This document shows positions 28,738-37,628 of a DNA stretch of 64,000 nt, one piece after another. The translations under genes and the position numbers were made by a program. Below the pieces are notes generated by a model. The model saw only the letters and a list, made by a program, of their open reading frames with translations, did no database searches and was not told the origin of the DNA. Position 1 is the first letter of the stretch, and every line of letters starts with the position of its first letter. This stretch comes from Deltaproteobacteria bacterium (GTDB taxonomy: Bacteria > Myxococcota_A > UBA9160 > PR03): NCBI GenBank assembly GCA_031362725.1, contig JANLTC010000243.1, positions 16,466 through 80,465 of the forward strand, given 5' to 3'.

Positions 28738-30624
28738 CTGCGGCTCGTTCTCGTCGCCGCATTGCTGTTCGCCTCCCGATCTGCCGGCGCGGCCACCAAT
28801 CTCGAAGACTCGCCCTACCTCGCGGTGATTCCCGATCCGGGTACTTGCGACGTGATCATCACGCCGGCGAACGCCGCGACGACGCTCACGCTGCTGAACG
28901 ACACGACCAAGCGGGTCTTCTGCGTGCGGCCCGGCGACTATCGCAGTCTGGGCGAAATGCTGATCACGACTTCCGGCAATCAGCAGAACCGCCGCTTCCT
29001 CCGCTTCGGCTCGCAAGACGGCCTGCGCAACGCGGTGCAGCGTCCGGAACGCGCCCTGTTCGAGAGCCTGGAGATCCAGGGCAGCTGGTGGGTGATACAG
29101 GGCCTGTCGATCCAGCCTCGCAATGCGGCGACCGGGTGGTTCGTGACGATCCACGGCGGCGACAACATCATCCTCGACGGAAACCTGTTCGACGGAATCG
29201 ACCACGTGCCCCAGACGACCAACCAGAACGCCATCGTGATGGCGGGCCTGAGCGGCAACTCCGCGACCTTCAACTCGGTGCAGAACAACGTCGTGCGCAA
29301 TGGCAATCAGCCGCGCATGCCAAGCGACTACAGCGGCATCATGGTGCTCTGGGGCACCACAGCCAGCGAGAACAACGACTACAACAAGATCCTCGACAAC
29401 GAGGTCTACGACTGGGGCGACGGGATCTCGGTGGCCGGTCACACCAGTGATTGCAGCGAGCCCGGCATCCAACACGGAACCGTGATCGACGGCAACGATG
29501 TCTACATCACGTCGGCCAAGCGGATCGACTGCAACACCGGGGCGCTCGATCCGAATGGCGGCTGCGCGTGCGCCGAGAACGGCATCGACGTCAAGCTGGA
29601 TCCTGGTGCCAGTTCGGCCAGCTGGACGCGCATCACGAACAATCGTCTCTGGGGCTTCCGTCCGACGTCACCGACCCATGCCTGCGGCGGCTCGGGCGCC
29701 CTCGGAACTGCACTCACCGCTGGAAACTCCTGCTCGGCGCACGTGTTCGCGGCGCAGAACGTCATCCTCGACTCCACGTTGGGGATCGCACCGAGCCGGA
29801 ACTGGATCGTGGCTGGCAACCTCATCAGCGACATCCGCATTTCCGACGGCCGCGCCTGTTGCTCCGCGGCGATCCTGCCGTCGACGATCTCCCCGGACCT
29901 CGTCGTCCAGTTCAATACGATCGTCGACGTGGATACTGCCTACGAAGACCTCTCGGCGAACACCGACACGCGCTGCAACGACGTGATCAACAACCTCGGA
30001 TTGAAGCCGGCGACTCCGCCGAATCCGACCCACTACACCAGCTACAACTACCTCTACAACTCGTCGACGGAGAACTTCAACGGATCGACCAACCAGCTGT
30101 TCGCGACGGCCCAGCAGAGCCAGAACGCGGACTACTGCTTCTGGCGGCGGCGCTGGACGGCGCCCGAACGGGTCTGCATTCCGTTCGGGCGGACCACGGC
30201 TGCGAGCCCGCACGTAGCCGCCGTCTCGCACTGCGATCAGAGCCTCGGGGCTTCCTACGGGATCGCGTCGATCAGCTATCCCACGACGCATCCGTGCGAC
30301 GATGGCGTCGACAACGATGGCGACGGTTTCATCGATTGGCCCGCCGATCCAGGCTGCGCCGACGCAGCCTCGAATCGCGAGGACTCGCGCTGCCAGAACG
30401 GTCTCGATGACGACGGCGACGGCCAGATCGACTTCGACGGCGGCGCCTCGCTGAACGCGGGTATCCCGTTCGCGCTGCGCGACGGGTCATGTCCGACGGC
30501 CTCGTGGAACCAGGAGGGGACCGCGTGCGGACTCGGGGCCGAGCTCGTCGGCGTCCTCTGGGTGTTGCGTCGACGCGGCAGGACCGGCGTCCCGTTCGGT
30601 GCCGGGCGCCAGGCGGCCGCGTAG
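28738..30624 (+). CDS. secreted right-handed beta-helix protein with C-terminal Cys/Asp repeats and a CGLG-type tail
   Basis: The track ORF starts at TTG 28762, but the signal peptide (RLVLVAALLFASRSAGA) needs CTG 28738 or ATT 28726. Repetitive Asn/Gly-rich beta-helix-like segments. C-terminal cassette at 30289-30624. Confidence 0.7.
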   Translation: MRLVLVAALLFASRSAGAATNLEDSPYLAVIPDPGTCDVIITPANAATTLTLLNDTTKRVFCVRPGDYRSLGEMLITTSGNQQNRRFLRFGSQDGLRNAVQRPERALFESLEIQGSWWVIQGLSIQPRNAATGWFVTIHGGDNIILDGNLFDGIDHVPQTTNQNAIVMAGLSGNSATFNSVQNNVVRNGNQPRMPSDYSGIMVLWGTTASENNDYNKILDNEVYDWGDGISVAGHTSDCSEPGIQHGTVIDGNDVYITSAKRIDCNTGALDPNGGCACAENGIDVKLDPGASSASWTRITNNRLWGFRPTSPTHACGGSGALGTALTAGNSCSAHVFAAQNVILDSTLGIAPSRNWIVAGNLISDIRISDGRACCSAAILPSTISPDLVVQFNTIVDVDTAYEDLSANTDTRCNDVINNLGLKPATPPNPTHYTSYNYLYNSSTENFNGSTNQLFATAQQSQNADYCFWRRRWTAPERVCIPFGRTTAASPHVAAVSHCDQSLGASYGIASISYPTTHPCDDGVDNDGDGFIDWPADPGCADAASNREDSRCQNGLDDDGDGQIDFDGGASLNAGIPFALRDGSCPTASWNQEGTACGLGAELVGVLWVLRRRGRTGVPFGAGRQAAA

Positions 30625-30926
30625 CGCACGCCCGCGTCGAAGCGCCGCGCGCGCCGCGAATCGACGCTCGCCTGCAAACCGTCCGGTGTAGTCGACCAGC
30701 CGCAGCGGCCGGGCGCTGGCGCACCTCGAGCGGTTCGGCGCGGCGACCGCCCCGATCGCCATGACGAGGAACCCGCGCATGCCACGCCAGCCGCACGGGA
30801 ACGCGAGCGCTTCCGCAACGTTGCGACCGCGCTGCAATCGCGCGCCGATCGCATTATGATGCGCAGCGACTTGCACGACGTACGTGGAAGGAAGTCCGAG
30901 GCGACGTGGGCGGGCGTGAGGGTCGA

Positions 30927-32357
30927 ATGCGCGTAGCGCCGAGAGTCAGCGTCATCGTCGGGACCGCGTGGCTGGGGTTCGCGGTCGTCGCGCCATCGAA
31001 CCCGGCCCTCGCGCAGACCCCGTCGGTTCAGGAGCAGCAGCGCCCCGTGCAGGGGCTCCGTGAATCCGAGCGAGCCGAGCGCGCGTTCCAGGCGTCCGAA
31101 CAGCTTCGCCCGCTCGAACCCGGCGAGCGGGTCACCTACGAGGACATCCTCCAGCATCCGGACGACGTCGAGCTCAACTACCGCTTCGCGCAGTCGCAGG
31201 TCGCGGAGGGCCAGCTTCGCGGCGCGGCTTCCACGCTCGAGCGCATTCTTCTGCTCTCTCCCGATCTCGCGCGCGTCCGGCTGCTCTATGCGGTCGTGCT
31301 CTATCGGCTCGACAACCTGAGCGAGGCAGAGCGCGAGTTCCGGACCGTCGCGACGCTCCCGATGGCCGACAGTCTGCGCGAAGAGGTGGACCACTACCTC
31401 GAGCAGATCGCGCTGCGCCGCAAGACGACGCGCTACTCCGCCACACTCGGCGGTGGCATGCAATGGGACAGCAACCGCAACGCGGGTCCCGACGGCGGTG
31501 AGGTCTTGTTCCTCGACACGCCGCTCCAGCTCGTCGAGGGAAAGAAGAAGAGCGACTTCAGTGGCGTCATGCTCACGGGCCTGCGTGCGCAGCACGATCT
31601 CGGCTACGACGCCGGGCACCTGCTGACCGGTGGACTCCAGATCTACGGCCAGAAGCAGATCGACGAGACGGACCTCGATTTGATGGCGATCTCCGGCGAG
31701 GCCGGCGGGCTGTATCGATCGCCCTTGGTCGACGTGCAGCCCGGCATCTACGCCACCTACATGAACCTCGGTGGCGAGAGCTACCTCAGCACGCTCGGCA
31801 CCGGCGTACGCGCGAACCATCGCTTCTCGCAGTCGCTCGATGTGTTTGCGCGGTTCCGCTTCGACTACGAGTGGTTCGAGAGCCTCGATCAGAGCCCGAT
31901 CACCGATCAGCGTACGGGTGCGCGCGTCCAGGGGGGCGTCGGGGCAACCTGGACGCCGTGGCCGATGCTGCGCTTCGACGCGGCGGTTGGCGGCGTGTAC
32001 AAGGTGGCCGACCAGGATTTCTACACGTACTCGGGGCCGGTCGCGCTGCTGGGCGGCACCTGGCTGCTCGGGCGGGGGCAGTTCCTGCTCTCGACCTTCA
32101 CCTTCGAGTACGACGGCTACGAGGGACCCGAGCCGATCGTCTCGGCCGAGACCCGGCGCGATGCCATCTATGTCGGCGGGATCACGTACGGAGCGCCCCT
32201 GGGGTTCCTGCTGCCGTTTCTCTCCCACGCGCCGGCATTTCGCGACACCCTCTTCACGGTAAACGCCACCTACTTGAACGAGCAGTCCACGATCGAGAAC
32301 TACCAGTACGACGATCTGCGCTTTACCGTGATGTACACCAAGAATTTCGAGTTCTGA
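30927..32357 (+). CDS. outer-membrane protein: N-terminal TPR region plus C-terminal beta-barrel (DUF560/Slam-like architecture)
   Basis: Signal peptide ending ALAQ, TPR-like helices (LERILLLSPDLARVRLLYAVVLYRL), alternating beta-strand pattern, and C-terminal ...MYTKNFEF. Confidence 0.65.
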   Translation: MRVAPRVSVIVGTAWLGFAVVAPSNPALAQTPSVQEQQRPVQGLRESERAERAFQASEQLRPLEPGERVTYEDILQHPDDVELNYRFAQSQVAEGQLRGAASTLERILLLSPDLARVRLLYAVVLYRLDNLSEAEREFRTVATLPMADSLREEVDHYLEQIALRRKTTRYSATLGGGMQWDSNRNAGPDGGEVLFLDTPLQLVEGKKKSDFSGVMLTGLRAQHDLGYDAGHLLTGGLQIYGQKQIDETDLDLMAISGEAGGLYRSPLVDVQPGIYATYMNLGGESYLSTLGTGVRANHRFSQSLDVFARFRFDYEWFESLDQSPITDQRTGARVQGGVGATWTPWPMLRFDAAVGGVYKVADQDFYTYSGPVALLGGTWLLGRGQFLLSTFTFEYDGYEGPEPIVSAETRRDAIYVGGITYGAPLGFLLPFLSHAPAFRDTLFTVNATYLNEQSTIENYQYDDLRFTVMYTKNFEF

Positions 32358-32382
32358 CGCAATCGACCCAGAGGTGCTCCCG

Positions 32383-33867
32383 ATGCAGCGCGCGACCCGC
32401 CGGTTCCTGATTCCGTTCGCGCTCTTTCTCGCGCTTCCGGCGTGGGCCGCCGAACAGGCCGGCGTCTCTGCCGCGGTGCGCGGCGCGGTGGCGCTGAATC
32501 GGCTGCAGGTCGCGATTGGTCGCCAGGTCGTCAGCGGGGAGCCGATCCTGCTGCAGGATGCGATCAAGAGCGGGCAGCGCTCCGGCATGCAGATCCTGCT
32601 GCTCGACGAGACCGTGTTCACGATCGGGCCCGAGAGCGAACTCGTGATCGACGAGTTCGTCTACGACCCGAAGACCAGCGCCGGCAAGCTGAGCGCCGAG
32701 ATCACGAAGGGCGTGTTCCGCTTCGTCTCCGGCAAGATCGCCCACGAGAAGCCGGAAAACATGAACGTGAAGCTGCCGTCCGGGACACTCGGCGTGCGCG
32801 GCACGATGGTCGCCGGCCGCGTGGACCCCGCGACCAGGAGTTCGCGACTCGTGTTGCTCGGCGAAGGTCCGGAGAACGACACCGGCTCACCCGCCGGCGC
32901 CTTCCTCGCGTGCAACGCCGGAAAGTGTGTGCGCATCAACCGCCCCGGCTACGGCACGATCATCGAAGGTCCCAACTCGCCCCCCGTGTCGCCCTTCCTC
33001 TTCTCTCGCGAGGAACTCGACGACATCACGCGCGCCGTGTCGGACCCGGAGGGCTGGGTCGAGACCGCGAGTTCGGGAAGCAGCGAGCCGCCTGCCGTCG
33101 CAGCCGGCCCGGCCGATGAACCCGGAGTCCAGGGTGGCGACCCGCGCTCGGCGACCGACATCTCGGGGATCGCGACCGCTGGCGGCGGCGCGAATGGCGA
33201 CGAGACGCGAGCCCGACTGCGCACGCTCGAGGGTCTCGACCAGGCCACCACCGATGTTTCGCAGTTCGCGAGCCAAACGGTGAACGTGAACGGCCGCGAG
33301 GTCGCAGTTCCGGAAAACTGCAGTGACCTCGGCAGCTGCTTCGCGGACGTGTCGAATCCCCTCCCCACGCTGCCTGCGGACATCACGACCATCGACCAGC
33401 TCAGCACACTCGGGGCGAGCGGTCTGCAGGAAGCGGTGTATCAGCGAGCTGGCCTGGGACTCGTCGACACCAGTGGGCGACCGGACGGGAGCTACGACTT
33501 CTCGCTCCAGGTTTTTCTTGGCAGCCAGACGGCGGTTCTCGACTTCAGCAACGTGAATTCGAGTCTACTTGGACTTGGAGTGGGTCCGATCGGCCCTTCG
33601 TCGTTTAGCCAGACGACCGATTTCTCGTCGTATCCGACCGGTGGTTTCCCGGCGGTTTTCGCGGCCACGTCGACGCTGCTGGGCTCGGTCGACGGTCCTT
33701 GCGCCAACGGATGCCTCGCCATCGGTGAGGCGCAACTCAGCAACGCCAATGGCAGGATCGCGGACTCCGCGCTGCAAGCACTCGTGGTCACGGCGCCCAA
33801 CTCGGGAGGCGGGATAGTGACGGGAACCATCTCGGCCGCTCCGTTCGCGCCGATTCCCCGCCCTTGA
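32383..33867 (+). CDS. secreted FecR-domain protein
   Basis: Signal peptide MQRATRRFLIPFALFLALPAWA. FecR-like segment GMQILLLDETVFTIGPESELVIDEFVYD..GVFRFVSG. Confidence 0.7.
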   Translation: MQRATRRFLIPFALFLALPAWAAEQAGVSAAVRGAVALNRLQVAIGRQVVSGEPILLQDAIKSGQRSGMQILLLDETVFTIGPESELVIDEFVYDPKTSAGKLSAEITKGVFRFVSGKIAHEKPENMNVKLPSGTLGVRGTMVAGRVDPATRSSRLVLLGEGPENDTGSPAGAFLACNAGKCVRINRPGYGTIIEGPNSPPVSPFLFSREELDDITRAVSDPEGWVETASSGSSEPPAVAAGPADEPGVQGGDPRSATDISGIATAGGGANGDETRARLRTLEGLDQATTDVSQFASQTVNVNGREVAVPENCSDLGSCFADVSNPLPTLPADITTIDQLSTLGASGLQEAVYQRAGLGLVDTSGRPDGSYDFSLQVFLGSQTAVLDFSNVNSSLLGLGVGPIGPSSFSQTTDFSSYPTGGFPAVFAATSTLLGSVDGPCANGCLAIGEAQLSNANGRIADSALQALVVTAPNSGGGIVTGTISAAPFAPIPRP

Positions 33868-33915
33868 ACTTCGCTCGCCTGCGGCTCGCTGCGCGCTCCG
33901 CGAGCCCGAGTCGGC
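33861..33915 (-). repeat. dispersed repeat copy E
   Basis: The reverse complement reads ...GCGCGCAGCGAGCCGCAGGCGAGCGAAGTTCAAGGG. It begins in the FecR-gene stop codon and ends 10 nt before the cyclase ATG. Confidence 0.7.
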
Positions 33916-33925
33916 CTGCTAGCTG

Positions 33926-36142
33926 ATGCGCCGCTTCGGCCCGCGTTGGCTCGCGCCGCTCGTCGCACTCGGGCTGGCGCTCGCGTTGCGAGTGGCCGAG
34001 CCGGCGGGCGTGCAGGAGCTGCAGCTCCGCGCCTTCGACGGCTTCCAGCGCCTCGCGCCACGCCCCTACACCGATGTGCCCGTACGCATCGTCGACATCG
34101 ACGACGCGAGTCTCGCGCGCATCGGCCAGTGGCCGTGGCCGCGTTCCGAAGTCGCCGCGCTGGTCGACCAGCTCTTCCGGATGGGCGCCGCGGTCGTCGT
34201 CTTCGACGCCGTATTCGCGGAGCCCGATCGCACCTCTCCCGCGCGGCTTCTCGAGGGCCTCACGGGCCTCGCGGTGGATGCGAATCTTCGCCGTGACATC
34301 GAGCAGCTGCCGGATCACGATGCGCTGCTGGCGAAAGCCTTCGGCGCCGGCCGCGTCGTCACGGGTTTCGTCTTCACCGACGAAGCGGGCGGTCGCGAGC
34401 CGCGCTCAACGGCGGGCTTCAGCTACGGCGGGGATCCGTTCACCCATCTCACCCGGCGCAACGGCACCGTGGTGAATCTCCCGGATCTCGAAGCCGCCGC
34501 AAGCGGCAACGGATGCTTCACCGTCGATCCCGACCTCGACGGCGTACACCGTCGCGTGCCGCTGCTGTTCGCGCACGAAGGCGCGCTCTACCCGTCGTTG
34601 GCAGCGGAGGCGATCCGCGTCGCCACCGGCGCGAAGTCCTACGCAGTGAAGACGGCAGGCTCGAGCGGCGAGACGAGCTTCGGCGCCAGTACCGGTATCA
34701 CCCAGCTGCGGATCGGGACGGAGTTCACGATCCCGACCGGTCCGCGCGGCGAGATCTGGGTCTGGTACACGTCGGCGGTTCCCGGTCGGAGCGTGCCGGC
34801 GTGGGAGCTGCTCGCGGGCGACGTCGATCCGAAGCAGATCGAGGGCAACATCGTGCTCGTCGGCACCACCGCCGCGGGACTTCGCGACATCCGCGCGACG
34901 CCCCTCGATCCGGTGTCGTCAGGGGTGTCGGTTCACGCGCAGATCATCGAGCAGATCCTGCTCGGTGAATACGTCGAACGACCCGACTGGGCGACCGGCG
35001 CGGAGTTGCTCTACCTGCTCGCACTCGGCCTGCTGCTGGCGCTGCTGATCCCGCGCGTCGGTGCGGTGGGCACGGCGGCGCTCGGCGCGGGTGGGATCGC
35101 CGTTGCAGTCGCGCTTTCGTGGTACGCGTACCGCTCCTGGCATTGGCTGCTCGATCCGGTCTACCCGGGCGTCGCTGCGCTCGGCGTCTATCTCGTCGGT
35201 TCGTTGCAGAACTACCTACACAGCGAGGCGCAGCGCCGCAGCGTGCGGAACGCGTTTGGCCGCTATCTCGCGCCGACGCTGGTGGACGAGTTGGCGGCGC
35301 ACCCGGACAAGCTCCGCCTCGGCGGCGAGATCCGCGACATGACGCTGCTGTTCTGCGACGTGCGCGGCTTCACCACCATCTCGGAACAGCTCGACCCCCA
35401 GGCGCTCACGCATCTGCTCAATCGCTTCCTCACGCCGATGACGGACATCATCCTCGCGAGTCGTGGCTGCATCGACAAGTACATCGGCGACTGCGTGATG
35501 GCATTCTGGAATGCACCGCTCGACGATGCCGAGCACGCGGTTCACGCCTGCGAGTCGGCTCTCGCGATGATGAAGGCGCTGGAGCAGCTGAACGTGAAAC
35601 TGGCGGAGGGCGATGCCGTGCTCGGGCGTCCGCTCGCGCCGCTCGCGGTCGGAATCGGGATCAACACGGGCCCGTGCTGCGTCGGGAACATGGGATCCGA
35701 TCAGCGCTTCGACTATTCCGTGATCAGCGACGAGGTGAATCTCGCGTCGCGGCTGGAAGGGCAGTCGAAGACCTACGGCGTTTCGATCGTGATCAGCGAG
35801 CACACGCGCGTGCGCGCGCCCCACCTCGCCTGTCTCGAGATCGATCGGATTCGCGTCAAGGGGAAGACGCGGCCGGTTCGCATCTACGGGTTGCTCGGCG
35901 GCGAAGCGCTCGCGTCGAGCGACCGATTCTGCGAACTCGCCCGGGCGCACGACGGAATGCTCGCGGCCTATCGGGGGCAGCGCTGGGAAGACGCGATCGC
36001 AGCGCTCGCGGTGTGTCGGCGCCTCGCCGAAGATCTCGCGCTCGGCGACCTGTATCGACTCTACGAGGAGCGCGTCGCCGCGTTCCGCAGTGTTGCGCCA
36101 CCGCCCGATTGGGATGGTGTCTACGCGGCTTCCAGCAAGTAG
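33926..36142 (+). CDS. CHASE2 sensor fused to class III adenylate/guanylate cyclase
   Basis: N-terminal TM, periplasmic CHASE2-like region (IVDIDDASLARIGQWPWPR), three TMs, and cyclase core LLFCDVRGFT, DKYIGDCVMAFW, SDEVNLASRLE. Confidence 0.85.
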   Translation: MRRFGPRWLAPLVALGLALALRVAEPAGVQELQLRAFDGFQRLAPRPYTDVPVRIVDIDDASLARIGQWPWPRSEVAALVDQLFRMGAAVVVFDAVFAEPDRTSPARLLEGLTGLAVDANLRRDIEQLPDHDALLAKAFGAGRVVTGFVFTDEAGGREPRSTAGFSYGGDPFTHLTRRNGTVVNLPDLEAAASGNGCFTVDPDLDGVHRRVPLLFAHEGALYPSLAAEAIRVATGAKSYAVKTAGSSGETSFGASTGITQLRIGTEFTIPTGPRGEIWVWYTSAVPGRSVPAWELLAGDVDPKQIEGNIVLVGTTAAGLRDIRATPLDPVSSGVSVHAQIIEQILLGEYVERPDWATGAELLYLLALGLLLALLIPRVGAVGTAALGAGGIAVAVALSWYAYRSWHWLLDPVYPGVAALGVYLVGSLQNYLHSEAQRRSVRNAFGRYLAPTLVDELAAHPDKLRLGGEIRDMTLLFCDVRGFTTISEQLDPQALTHLLNRFLTPMTDIILASRGCIDKYIGDCVMAFWNAPLDDAEHAVHACESALAMMKALEQLNVKLAEGDAVLGRPLAPLAVGIGINTGPCCVGNMGSDQRFDYSVISDEVNLASRLEGQSKTYGVSIVISEHTRVRAPHLACLEIDRIRVKGKTRPVRIYGLLGGEALASSDRFCELARAHDGMLAAYRGQRWEDAIAALAVCRRLAEDLALGDLYRLYEERVAAFRSVAPPPDWDGVYAASSK

Positions 36143-36149
36143 CGGCGCT

Positions 36150-37604
36150 TCAGACCGGCAGCCGCAGGAAGCGGCGCACGCCGTCGAGGAAGCTGTGGTC
36201 GGGTTCCTCGGGAACTCGTTCGGAGGCGAACTTCTCGCGCATCGCGAGCAGTTCCGTACGTCGCGCGAGCACGGCGGGTTCCATCGTCTTGAACACTTCG
36301 GGCTTCGCCGTGACGAAGCCCCGGAATGCGGCGCACGTCATCTCCATCAGACGGCACGGCTGCGACGCGACGACCGTGGCGGTCCGGCGTTCTCCCGTCA
36401 GCAGCGACATCTCTCCGAAGAAGTCGCCCGGTCCGAGGGTTCGGACCCGTCCGCCCGCGATGACCACGTCCGTCTCACCGGACACGATCACGAACATCGA
36501 TCCGCCGGGCTCCCCCTCGCGCATGATCGTTTCCCCTTTCGTGTAGAGCCGCTCCTCGCCCACGCTGGCGCAGGCGATGCGCTCGCTCTCGTCGAGTGAC
36601 GCGAAGAGCGTGCTGCGCCCCAGCAGTGCCGCGAACTCGGCCGTCACGGCCGGCGCCCGCGACGGCGTCCACTCGCGCTCGTACTGCACCTCGATCGGCC
36701 AGGGAATCTCGATGCCATGCCGCTTGAAGGTGTAGTAGATGTTGGTGCGCACCTGGTCGCAAGCTTCCTGGTCGCGCGCGAAATCCTCGATCCAGAATCG
36801 CGCGCGGTAGGTGATCGCCGACGCGCCGAAATCGAGGAGAAGCGCGACCGGCTTTGGCTGGCGGAGCGCCAGCGCCGCATTGTCCAGCGCCTCGCCGAGC
36901 GCGGCCTTCACGAGATCCGGCGCCGCGTCGTAGCTGGCACCGACATCGACTTCGAGCCGCGTCGGGATCACCGGCTCCGAGTAGTTGATGATGGCTTCCT
37001 TGGCGATCACGCTGTTCGGCACCACGACGAAGTTGGTCGCCTTCGTGCGCAGCTTCGTCGCGCGCCAGGTGATCTCCTCGACGCGACCTTCGTGCTCGCC
37101 GACCCGAATCCAGTGGCCGACGTGGAATGGCTTTTCGATCTGGATCGCCAGCCCCGAGAATGCATTGCCCAGCGTGTCCTGCAGCGCAAAGCCCAACACC
37201 ACGGCGCCCACCGCCGATGTGGTGAGGAACTTCTCCTGCATCAGCATCGTGCCCGCCAGCATGAACAGGCCGACGATCAATGCGTCTTGCACGATGTTGG
37301 GCACGGCGGTCGGCAAGCGATCCTCGCGCAGCGGATTCGCGAGCACGGCGACGAAGAACGTGATCAGCGCGAGTGCCAGCCCGAGATTCGCGATGCTGCG
37401 AACGGGGCCCGTCATGGCCGGCTCGGCACTCCAGAGCGGGAGCCCGAGCGCGACGACCGGAAAGAGCACGGCCAGCGCGAGCGGAAGCCGCAGCTTGCGC
37501 CGCACCAGCCGGTTGGGCGTGAGCACGCGCACCAGCAGCGAGAGCGCGGCCAGCGCAAGCGAAACGAGAACCGAGAGCGAAACGTCGGACAGCACGATGC
37601 CCAT
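36150..37604 (-). CDS. MscS-family mechanosensitive channel with C-terminal cyclic-nucleotide-binding domain (bCNG-type)
   Basis: MscS core GRVEEITWRATKLRTKATNFVVVPNSVIAKEAIINYS. cNMP domain FGEMSLLTGERRTATVVA. Confidence 0.85.
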   Translation of the reverse strand: MGIVLSDVSLSVLVSLALAALSLLVRVLTPNRLVRRKLRLPLALAVLFPVVALGLPLWSAEPAMTGPVRSIANLGLALALITFFVAVLANPLREDRLPTAVPNIVQDALIVGLFMLAGTMLMQEKFLTTSAVGAVVLGFALQDTLGNAFSGLAIQIEKPFHVGHWIRVGEHEGRVEEITWRATKLRTKATNFVVVPNSVIAKEAIINYSEPVIPTRLEVDVGASYDAAPDLVKAALGEALDNAALALRQPKPVALLLDFGASAITYRARFWIEDFARDQEACDQVRTNIYYTFKRHGIEIPWPIEVQYEREWTPSRAPAVTAEFAALLGRSTLFASLDESERIACASVGEERLYTKGETIMREGEPGGSMFVIVSGETDVVIAGGRVRTLGPGDFFGEMSLLTGERRTATVVASQPCRLMEMTCAAFRGFVTAKPEVFKTMEPAVLARRTELLAMREKFASERVPEEPDHSFLDGVRRFLRLPV

Positions 37605-37628
37605 GATCGTAACGGAGCTTGGCCGGGT

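Noticed and set aside
27058-29475. 805-aa minus-strand ORF and the overlapping 750-aa plus-strand ORF (27198..29450)
   Set aside because: Both are out of frame with or antisense to the acyltransferase-3 and beta-helix genes, which carry recognisable motifs. Their composition is Arg/Pro/Asp-rich with no domains.
30487-30876. 129-aa minus-strand ORF in the spacer after the beta-helix gene
   Set aside because: It overlaps the beta-helix gene's 3' end by 138 nt. Its translation is Arg/Ala-rich without features, and there is no RBS. It is not convincing, although the 280-bp spacer remains unexplained.
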